Positions 8,530 through 15,688 of a stretch of 64,000 nucleotides of DNA are shown in pieces. Below the pieces are notes generated by a model that was not told the origin of the DNA, ran no database searches, and saw only the letters and a program-made list of their open reading frames with translations. The DNA is from an uncultured Enterobacteriaceae bacterium (GTDB lineage: Bacteria > Myxococcota_A > UBA9042): contig CAZPHC010000004.1 in the NCBI GenBank assembly GCA_964586155.1, forward strand, positions 130,527-194,526, in the 5' to 3' direction. The stretch's first letter is position 1; every line of letters begins with the position of its first letter. A program made the translations under genes and the position numbers.

Positions 8530-9867
8530 ATGACGAGGCATCGCTCCGAAGGCTTTGGCGTCCGCGACCTCACCCTGCACGTCCGGACCGGCAGCCACCT
8601 GTTGGCGGGCAGCGAAGCCCGGGTCTGGATGCGGCTCGGCAACGACAGCGACCGGACGCAATGGTTCCGCACCATCCCGACCAGCGGCTCGTTCCGCCGC
8701 GGCGAGGTCGACACCGTCGAGCTACGGCTCGGTCCGGCCGTCGATCCGGGCCGGATCGATCGCATCGACGTGCTGCACGACGGCAGCGGGTCGATGGCGG
8801 GTTGGTACCTGGAGTCGATCGAGGTCGACGGCCAGACCCTGCACTACGGCTGCTGGCTGGCCAAGGACGAACCGCCGTTCCGTCGCGACGCGACCTCGCT
8901 CTACGACGAGGAGCTGCGCGCCTATGACGTGGTGGTCCGGACCTCCGAGGCGCTGTTCGCCGGGACCGACGCCGACGTGACGATCCAGCTCATCGGCACC
9001 CGGGCGACGACCGCGCCGATCCGCCTGTTCGCGCCGGGCAGACGGCTGTTCGAGAGTGGTCAGGTCGATGAGTTCCGGCTCTTCGCCGAGGATGTCGGCG
9101 CGCTGCTCGGCGTCCGGCTGCGCGTCGACGGCGGTGGACTGCTCGACGGTTGGCGCGTCGATTGGGTCGAAGTCGATCGCCGGCGGCTGGCCTTCGATCG
9201 CTGGCTGGCGCGTCGGTCCGGCGACGGCCGTCTCGACGCCTTCCACCGCGTGCGGCCCTGGGTCGTCGCCGAGCACCCGATCGACGTCAGCCTGTGCACC
9301 TTCGCCGACCAGCTCGACGAGGCGAACGCCGCCCTGGCGCAGGATCTCGACACGCTCAACGGCGTGCTGAACCGATTCGGGGTCGCGGTCCGGCGTGCCG
9401 CGCCGCGCTTCGACGTCGTGCTGCCGCGGTCATGGCCGCAGTGGCTGGTCGACGCCTCCGACGCCAACGAGGCCGTCGCCCGGGTCAGCGACGCGCGGCG
9501 CCTGGCGCAGCCCGTGACGCCGCGTCGCCACCTGACAGCGACCTACATCGGCGCGTTGCCCTATGTGATCGGGGTCCATCCAAGTCTGTCGACCGAGGCC
9601 ACGGGGCTGGTGATCTCGCTGCCGGCCCGGGTCGAGAGCAGCGTCGTCCATGCCTTCGGTCGCTGCTTCGGCCTCGCGCCCACCTACGGCTGCGAAGAGG
9701 CCGACGGCGCGACCTCGCGCTTGCGCCACCTGCGCAACCCGAGCGATGTCGTCGATGGCGATGCCGAGAACGCGATGAGCCAGGTCGACGTGCCCGGTCG
9801 GATCTGCACCTTCACCAGCGGCCAGGTCGACGCGATGGTGCTGCGGATGCTGCGCTACCTGGCCTGA
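8530..9867 (+). CDS. Tandem PLAT/LH2-domain protein with C-terminal domain of unknown function
   Basis: Two ~100-aa segments have the PLAT/LH2 pattern: LTLHVRTGSHLLAGSEARVWMRLGND...WYLESIEVDG and YDVVVRTSEALFAGTDADVTIQLIGT...WRVDWVEVD. No signal peptide is present. The C-terminal ~230 aa matches no family I recognise. Confidence 0.55.
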   Translation: MTRHRSEGFGVRDLTLHVRTGSHLLAGSEARVWMRLGNDSDRTQWFRTIPTSGSFRRGEVDTVELRLGPAVDPGRIDRIDVLHDGSGSMAGWYLESIEVDGQTLHYGCWLAKDEPPFRRDATSLYDEELRAYDVVVRTSEALFAGTDADVTIQLIGTRATTAPIRLFAPGRRLFESGQVDEFRLFAEDVGALLGVRLRVDGGGLLDGWRVDWVEVDRRRLAFDRWLARRSGDGRLDAFHRVRPWVVAEHPIDVSLCTFADQLDEANAALAQDLDTLNGVLNRFGVAVRRAAPRFDVVLPRSWPQWLVDASDANEAVARVSDARRLAQPVTPRRHLTATYIGALPYVIGVHPSLSTEATGLVISLPARVESSVVHAFGRCFGLAPTYGCEEADGATSRLRHLRNPSDVVDGDAENAMSQVDVPGRICTFTSGQVDAMVLRMLRYLA

Positions 9868-9916
9868 GCCCGAAGCCGCGCTCCGCAGCACCATCGTCGC
9901 CACGACCGTCGGAAAC

Positions 9917-10402
9917 CTAGGCCTGGCCGGCCTGCCAGCCCTGCGTGCTGCGGCGCAGCATGTCGAGGCCCTGGGCGGTGGTCTTGGCCGCCATCTCGGT
10001 CTGCCACGTCAGGCTGGCCTTGCCGAGGCGCGCCATCTCGTCGATCAGGTGGCTGGCGTGCTCGAGGCCTTGCTTCTGCGCGCTCTGCATCTCGGCCATC
10101 CAGACGTCCACGCCCTCGATGCTGCCGCTGGCAGCCTTGGTCCACAGCTCGACGCCGGGGACGCGCACGCCCTCCGGCAGCTGGAAGCCCTGGCCCTGCC
10201 AGCCCTTGGTCGCCGCCTGCTGCATCGTCTGGAACGCCTGCTGCGCCGCGTCGAACATCGGGCCCGAGGCGAAAGGCATCGAGGACCAGGGGTTGGCGGC
10301 CGGTGCCGGCTCGCTCGCCGCGGCGTTGCCGGCGCTGGTCGGACGATCGGCGGCGTCGGCGGTGTCGTGGGCGGTGGAGGTCTGGGTCTTGGTGGTAGCC
10401 AT
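9917..10402 (-). CDS. Hypothetical protein, phasin-like (Q/A/W-rich), 162 aa
   Basis: Strong GC3 bias in this frame. ATG at 10402 (M22 of the ORF) gives MATTKTQTSTAHD... The repeated WQ/AQ-rich helical composition (AQQAFQTMQQAATKGWQGQGFQ) resembles phasin-family proteins. The family assignment is tentative. Confidence 0.45.
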   Translation of the reverse strand: MATTKTQTSTAHDTADAADRPTSAGNAAASEPAPAANPWSSMPFASGPMFDAAQQAFQTMQQAATKGWQGQGFQLPEGVRVPGVELWTKAASGSIEGVDVWMAEMQSAQKQGLEHASHLIDEMARLGKASLTWQTEMAAKTTAQGLDMLRRSTQGWQAGQA

Positions 10403-10684
10403 GTCGGTCTCGTTCGCGCGGCGTGGCGCATTGCGGGTGGTGCCAGCGACGTCCGTGCTGGCCACAGGCTGCGCTCCGGCCGCCTGCTGACCTCAACGCT
10501 AGGGCGCGCGCGGGGTGCTGTCAAGGGTTGCGTTGTGCGGTGCAGCAAATGAATACTATCAGAAGCTTGTGATGTTCATTTGGCGTGTATTTCGTGCGGC
10601 GCAGCGTTGCTTGACAAGGGCGCGTGGTGACGCGATGGTGCTGATGTTGCGGGCATCTGCTTGCCGGCACGCGCGAGGATCCGG

Positions 10685-11830
10685 ATGAGACTGCAACCTT
10701 CCTGCTGCGATGCAGCAACACGGACCGCGACTCCTGGCCCCGCGGCCGACGCCGGCGCGTCCGCTGGCGCCCGGTCGTGGCGTCGCGCGTGGCTGCTGTC
10801 CGCCCTGATCACCTCGATCGTCGCCGGTTGCGCCGATGGCTCGGTGGCCACCTGCCGCGTCGATGGCGATTGTGCATCGCGACGCTGCGGCCCCGATGGC
10901 CTGTGCCTGGACCACTCGCTCGCCGACCCGGACGCTGCCGACGCTTCGCCGCGCTTCGGCGACGCCGCCGGGGGGGACGGCGTCGGCCAAGGCGACGGGG
11001 CGCAGATCGACGCCGGCGGGGCGAGCGACACCGGCGGTGCCGGCCAGGACGCGCTGACGCCGCCGGACACCGCCGGAGGCGCGGGCGACGCTGGCGCCAG
11101 CGACGGGGGCGTGCCGCCGTGGACCTGCGCGCCCAACCACGACGGCCGCGTCGATCGGATCGAGATCCACTTCGCACCCAACCTCAGCGCGCCGTTCCGG
11201 GTCGCGACCGAAGCCACCTTCCAACCCCAAGGCAGCAGCGGCGCCGACGGCAAGCCGGTCTGGGACCTCGCCAAGCCGCTCGCGAGCGACAAGGACGTGC
11301 AGGTCGGCACCGAGCCCGTCGCCGGGCGCTGGTTCTCGGCGGACTTCGCCGGCGCGACCTACGCAGCCCGCCTCGCGGTCGACAGCCCATTGCTCGGCGT
11401 GTTCGAGGCCACAGGCGACGCCTTGCTGCTGCGCGGCGTCGTCTCGCCCGACGATGGCCTGCTCGCGACCAAGCTCGTCTACGACCCGCCGGCCAAGGTG
11501 CTCGGGTTTCCGCTGCAGGAGGGCACGAGCTTCTCGTCCGCGTCGATCGTCACGGGCAAGAAGGACGGGGTCTATGCGCTCTGGAACGAGTCGTGGACGT
11601 CCGTCGCCGACCATCGCGGCATCGTCCAGACTCCCTACGGCAACTTCCCCTCGTTGCGCGTGCGCACGACGCTGACGCGCAAGGTCGGCATCCTCGAGTA
11701 CGTGACGCGTTCGTTCGCCTGGGTCGCCGAGTGTTACGGCACCGTGGCGTCGGCGCGGAGCAAGCTCGACGAGCCGGCGCTCGAGTTCACGACCGCTGCG
11801 GAGCTTCGTCGCCTGGCGGTGCCGAAGTAG
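10685..11830 (+). CDS. Lipoprotein, hypothetical
   Basis: Lipobox ITSIVAGC after an RR-containing n-region. Start at M9 with GAGGA 7 nt upstream. GC3-biased, Gly/Asp-rich linker. No recognised domain. Confidence 0.55.
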   Translation: MRLQPSCCDAATRTATPGPAADAGASAGARSWRRAWLLSALITSIVAGCADGSVATCRVDGDCASRRCGPDGLCLDHSLADPDAADASPRFGDAAGGDGVGQGDGAQIDAGGASDTGGAGQDALTPPDTAGGAGDAGASDGGVPPWTCAPNHDGRVDRIEIHFAPNLSAPFRVATEATFQPQGSSGADGKPVWDLAKPLASDKDVQVGTEPVAGRWFSADFAGATYAARLAVDSPLLGVFEATGDALLLRGVVSPDDGLLATKLVYDPPAKVLGFPLQEGTSFSSASIVTGKKDGVYALWNESWTSVADHRGIVQTPYGNFPSLRVRTTLTRKVGILEYVTRSFAWVAECYGTVASARSKLDEPALEFTTAAELRRLAVPK

Positions 11831-12614
11831 TGCCCGCGGCGCCGTCCTCGGGGCCTGCGCGCAGGCCGTGCGCCATCTCCTCGTCGATCCAGGCCGACGC
11901 GCCGGACAGGTGGAAGTCGACGATCAACGGCAGGTGATCGGAGGCGTCCTTGGTCTTGCCACCGTGGCCGACGCGCGCGGCGCGCACGACGATGCCGCCC
12001 CGGACGTAGGCCTTGTCGAGCGATCCGACGGGCAACGCCGCAGGAAAGCTCCGGAACCTGGACGGGGGCGTCGTGACGTGGGCGAAGCCGGCCGGCTCGA
12101 AACAGGCCTTGTGCAGCTGGTTGCGCCAGTCGTTGCTGTCGCCGGCGATGATGGTCGGCAGCTCTGCGTGACGAGCGATGGCAGGGTGCTGCAGCAGCGT
12201 CTTGATCTGCCATTGGCGTTCAAACTCGGCCAGGCCCAGATGCCAGTTGACGACGAAGAGATGGCCCTCTGGGGCCTCGATCCGCGCCAGCTGCGCGCCG
12301 CGCGGCTTCTTGAACTGCCAGCGCAGGCTGATCTGTTCGTGCCAGGCGATCGGCCAGCGGCTCAGCATCAGGTTGCCGTAGCCGCCCTGGCTGAGCTCGA
12401 CGTTGAGCTGGAACAGGCCGTGGCGCATGGCGAGGCGCTCGTGCAGGAGCACCGGCTGGTCGTGGAAGCGCGAACGCGGCACGCCCGAGTCGACCTCCTG
12501 CAGCAGCACGATGTCCGGGTTCTCGGCCTCGAGGACGTCGAAGATCCGGTCCATCGCGTAGCGCCGGTCGCGCCCGCCGATGCCCTTGTGGATGTTCCAG
12601 GTCAGCAATCGCAT
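11787..12614 (-). CDS. Endonuclease/exonuclease/phosphatase (EEP) family protein
   Basis: MRLLTWNIHKG...DIVLLQEVD...NWHLG...GDSNDW...DHLPLIVDF are canonical EEP motifs. Overlaps the convergent lipoprotein gene by 44 nt. Confidence 0.75.
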   Translation of the reverse strand: MRLLTWNIHKGIGGRDRRYAMDRIFDVLEAENPDIVLLQEVDSGVPRSRFHDQPVLLHERLAMRHGLFQLNVELSQGGYGNLMLSRWPIAWHEQISLRWQFKKPRGAQLARIEAPEGHLFVVNWHLGLAEFERQWQIKTLLQHPAIARHAELPTIIAGDSNDWRNQLHKACFEPAGFAHVTTPPSRFRSFPAALPVGSLDKAYVRGGIVVRAARVGHGGKTKDASDHLPLIVDFHLSGASAWIDEEMAHGLRAGPEDGAAGTTSAPPGDEAPQRS

Positions 12615-12720
12615 CGTGTCCTCGTCTGCACAGGCAACCAGTCCGGATGTTGGCGCGCCCCGGCTCCATCGGGCAAGCTAGCCCGCAGCGACGCGTCGTC
12701 CAGGCGGGCAGGAGGGACCC

Positions 12721-13605
12721 ATGTGTCGATTGTTCGGCTTCCGTTCGGTGATCCAGTCGGCGGTCCACCGCAGCCTGGTCGAGGCCGACAACGCGCTGGC
12801 CGTGCAGAGCCAGGAGCATCGCGACGGCTGGGGCGTCGCCTGGTACATGGCCGACGTCCCGCACCTGATCAAGGGGCAGTCCCCAGCGGTCGAGGACGCG
12901 ATCTTCAGCCGCGTCAGCGGCATCGTCGCCTCCGAGACCGTGCTCGCGCACCTGCGCCTGGCGACGGCGGGCGAGATCAACGTGCTCAACACCCACCCGT
13001 TCCAGTTCGGTCGCTGGGTGTTCGCGCACAACGGCAAGGTCACGGACTTCCCGAGGCATCGCAAGGCGTTGCGGGCAGAGATCGCGCCCGCGTTGCAGCG
13101 CTTCGTCCTGGGCGACACCGACTCCGAGCTGCTGTTCTACATCTTCCTCAGCGAGCTCGGCCGGCGCGCCGATCCCCACCGCCGGGGCACCTCCATCGAC
13201 GACATCGCCGCGTCGCTCTCGCACGTGGTCGACGTGGTCCGCGGCATCGCCGACATCGACGGCGCCGAGCCGAGCCTGATGACGTTCCTGGTCACGGATG
13301 GCCGCGCGATGGTGGCCCTGCGCCAGGGCAAGCCGCTGTTGTTCTCGACCCACAAGCGCTCGTGCCCGGATCGCGACGACTGCCCGTTCCTCGCGGCGTC
13401 GTGCGAGGCCCCGACCGAGGATGGCTTCGTCAACCACCTCATCATCTCGAGCGAACAGCTGCAGGGCAACAACGCCTGGATCGCGCTGCAAGACGGCGAG
13501 CTCGTGGGCGTCGACTGGCGCATGGTGCTGCACCGGGGGCGGCTGGGCGGGCCGATGGAGCGGGTGCGTCGCGTCGGCGAGGCGACGGTCGAGACCGCGG
13601 GCTGA
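12721..13605 (+). CDS. Class II (Ntn) glutamine amidotransferase, YafJ-type
   Basis: N-terminal nucleophile MCRLFGF, plus DGWGVAWY and NTHPFQFGRWVFAHNG, as in YafJ/GATase_6. GGAGGGA RBS upstream. Confidence 0.8.
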   Translation: MCRLFGFRSVIQSAVHRSLVEADNALAVQSQEHRDGWGVAWYMADVPHLIKGQSPAVEDAIFSRVSGIVASETVLAHLRLATAGEINVLNTHPFQFGRWVFAHNGKVTDFPRHRKALRAEIAPALQRFVLGDTDSELLFYIFLSELGRRADPHRRGTSIDDIAASLSHVVDVVRGIADIDGAEPSLMTFLVTDGRAMVALRQGKPLLFSTHKRSCPDRDDCPFLAASCEAPTEDGFVNHLIISSEQLQGNNAWIALQDGELVGVDWRMVLHRGRLGGPMERVRRVGEATVETAG

Positions 13606-13648
13606 CCGATCGGCTCTGCAGCCCACGCCGAAGGCGCCACGCCGGTCC

Positions 13649-14503
13649 TCAGCGTCCAACGAAGGCCGGCGTCCGCTTCTCGAGCAGCGCCGCCATGCCC
13701 TCGCGTGCGTCTTGGGTCGCGACCGTCTCGGCTTGGGCGTACGCCTCACGTCGCGCCGCCGCGCGCGGATCCCAGCCCAAGCCCTCGGCGATCATGCGTC
13801 GCGTCGCGCGCACGGCGAGTGGGGCGTTGCCTGCGATCGTGGCCGCGAGCTCCATCGTTCGAGGCAAGACCTCGGCGGCGGGCAGGGCTTCGAGCAGCAA
13901 CCCGGCCTGGATGGCCTCCGCGCCCAGCAGCAGGCGACCGGTCAGCAGCATCTCGGTCGCCCTTTGGGCGCCGACGACGCGCGGCAGCAGGTACGAGATG
14001 GCCATGCCGGGGCTCAGGCCGATGCGGACGAAGTTGGCGCCGTAACGCGCCGCCTCCGAGCCGATCCGCAGGTCGCAGAGCAGGGCGAGGCCGAAGCCGC
14101 CGCCGACCGCGTGGCCGTTCAGCGCGCCCAGGATCGGGACCTCGAGATCGAGCAGCTGCAGGAAGGGCCGGTACATCGCGAACGACTGCTCGTGCGGCAA
14201 CCTGGCAGAGGCGTCGTCGCGCTGGATCTGGCTGCGGAAGTCGGCGCCGGCCGAGAAGCAGCTGCCTGTGCCGGTCACGACCAGCACGCGCAGGTCGGCG
14301 TCGTGACGGGCCATCTCGGCCGCGGCGCTGAACGCGTCGAGCAGCTCCGGCGTCATGCTGTTGCGGTTGTCCGGGCGCTGGAGCGTGATCACGCCGATCG
14401 CACCGTCGCGGCGGTAGCTCACCGCTGGCGGGGGGCTGCCTCCGTGGGCGTGGAGGCCATCGACCGGGTGGGCCGTGTCCGTGGGTGGCTTGTGCGATGC
14501 CAT
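13649..14503 (-). CDS. Enoyl-CoA hydratase/isomerase (crotonase family), 284 aa
   Basis: Only the C-terminal 284 aa of the 1232-aa ORF 13649..17347 are real. MASHKPPTD... carries crotonase motifs VVTGTGSCFSAGADF and GHAVGGGFGLALLCD. GGAGGA lies 4 nt upstream of the ATG at 14503. Confidence 0.85.
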   Translation of the reverse strand: MASHKPPTDTAHPVDGLHAHGGSPPPAVSYRRDGAIGVITLQRPDNRNSMTPELLDAFSAAAEMARHDADLRVLVVTGTGSCFSAGADFRSQIQRDDASARLPHEQSFAMYRPFLQLLDLEVPILGALNGHAVGGGFGLALLCDLRIGSEAARYGANFVRIGLSPGMAISYLLPRVVGAQRATEMLLTGRLLLGAEAIQAGLLLEALPAAEVLPRTMELAATIAGNAPLAVRATRRMIAEGLGWDPRAAARREAYAQAETVATQDAREGMAALLEKRTPAFVGR

Positions 14504-14570
14504 GGGATCCTCCGAAGGTTGCCGTCCGCTCGGCTCTCGTTTAGCGTGCGCGTCGGTTAGATACCAGATC

Positions 14571-14590
14571 GAGGCGACGTGTCTCGCCTC
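14571..14590. promoter_or_regulatory. Palindrome GAGGCGA-CGTGTC-TCGCCTC immediately upstream of the RBS of the 14603 lipoprotein gene, in a divergent promoter region
   Basis: A 7-bp inverted repeat around an ACGTGT core, 3 nt before GGAGGG. Confidence 0.35.
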
Positions 14591-14602
14591 TCGGAGGGAA
14601 CG

Positions 14603-15538
14603 ATGGGGATCCTTGCAATCAACGCGCTGCGAACTTCGGCGTTGCGTCCCATGATGACGGTGGGCGCGGCATGCATCGCGATGACGCTGCTCCCGGCTTG
14701 CGGCACCAAGCGCCAGGTGGGCATCTGCGCCGACCTCGACACCGCGACCGAGAAGGGTGACGCCGATGCGCTCGTCGCGACGGGCGACGCCGCCTGGGAA
14801 CAGCGCAAGGACGAAGCGCAGCTGCGCGCCGCCATCGCCGCGTGGGACAAGGCCCTGCGCGTCGACCCCAAGCGGACGGATGTCCGGGTCAAGATCTCGC
14901 GCGCCCGCTACTTCCTGGCTGACGGCTACGTCCGTGCCGACGAAGAGAAGGAAGAGGAGATGCTCGCGCTCTTCGACCAGGGCGTTCGTGACGCCGACAC
15001 CGCGATGGCGCAGATCTCGTCGGGCTACCGTGACGGCATCTGCACCGAGAAGCCCTTCACCGAGGCGATCACCAAGGCCGACAAGTCCGCCGTGCCGGCG
15101 ATGTACTGGTACGCGAGCAACCTGGGCAAGTGGGGCCTGGCCAAGGGAATCTTCACGATCCTCAAGTACAAGGACAACATCAAGGCGATGATGGACCGGA
15201 TCGTCGAGCTCGACGACACGTTCTTCTACCACGCGCCGTACCGCTACTTCGGCGCCTACTACACCAAGGTGCCGTTCCCGGGCGGCGACATGCCCAAGAG
15301 CAAGGAGAACTTCGAGAAGTCGATCGCCGGCTCGCCGCAGTACCTCGCGACCAAGGTGCTGATGGCCGAGCAGTACTGCACCAAGGCCAAGGATCGCGCG
15401 ACGTTCAAGCGCCTGCTCGACGAGGTGATCGCGTTCGACCTGACGACCGCCCCTGAGCTCGCGCCCGAGAACGCCATCGAGCAGAAGAAGGCCAAGGATC
15501 TGCTCGACGACATCGACACCTACTTCGGCGAAGAGTAG
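14603..15538 (+). CDS. Lipoprotein, hypothetical (helical, Lys/Glu-rich)
   Basis: Lipobox MTLLPAC. Start at M9 with GGAGGG 5 nt upstream. GC is slightly lower than in neighbouring genes. No recognised catalytic motif. Confidence 0.6.
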   Translation: MGILAINALRTSALRPMMTVGAACIAMTLLPACGTKRQVGICADLDTATEKGDADALVATGDAAWEQRKDEAQLRAAIAAWDKALRVDPKRTDVRVKISRARYFLADGYVRADEEKEEEMLALFDQGVRDADTAMAQISSGYRDGICTEKPFTEAITKADKSAVPAMYWYASNLGKWGLAKGIFTILKYKDNIKAMMDRIVELDDTFFYHAPYRYFGAYYTKVPFPGGDMPKSKENFEKSIAGSPQYLATKVLMAEQYCTKAKDRATFKRLLDEVIAFDLTTAPELAPENAIEQKKAKDLLDDIDTYFGEE

Positions 15539-15565
15539 CCGCGTCGCCTCGCGGCGAAACGGTCG

Positions 15566-15613
15566 GCAAACCCCCGGGGTGGCGCGAGCTGCCTCGGGGG
15601 TTTGCGTTTCTTC
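15566..15613 (+). terminator. Intrinsic terminator-like hairpin downstream of the 14603..15538 lipoprotein gene
   Basis: GCAAACCCCCGGGG-(12-nt loop)-CCTCGGGGGTTTGC followed by GTTTCTTC. The stem is 13/14 paired and GC-rich. Confidence 0.45.
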
Positions 15614-15688
15614 ACGCATGCTCGCTTTCGAGAGTCGGCGGATTCCGCTACACTTTTGAGGATCTGTGAGGGCAGGTCGGAGGTGGAC

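Noticed and set aside
6966-8765. 599-aa minus ORF spanning the glnK to PLAT region
   Set aside because: Antisense noise. The + strand carries a PII protein, a TonB-like protein and PLAT proteins, each with motifs.
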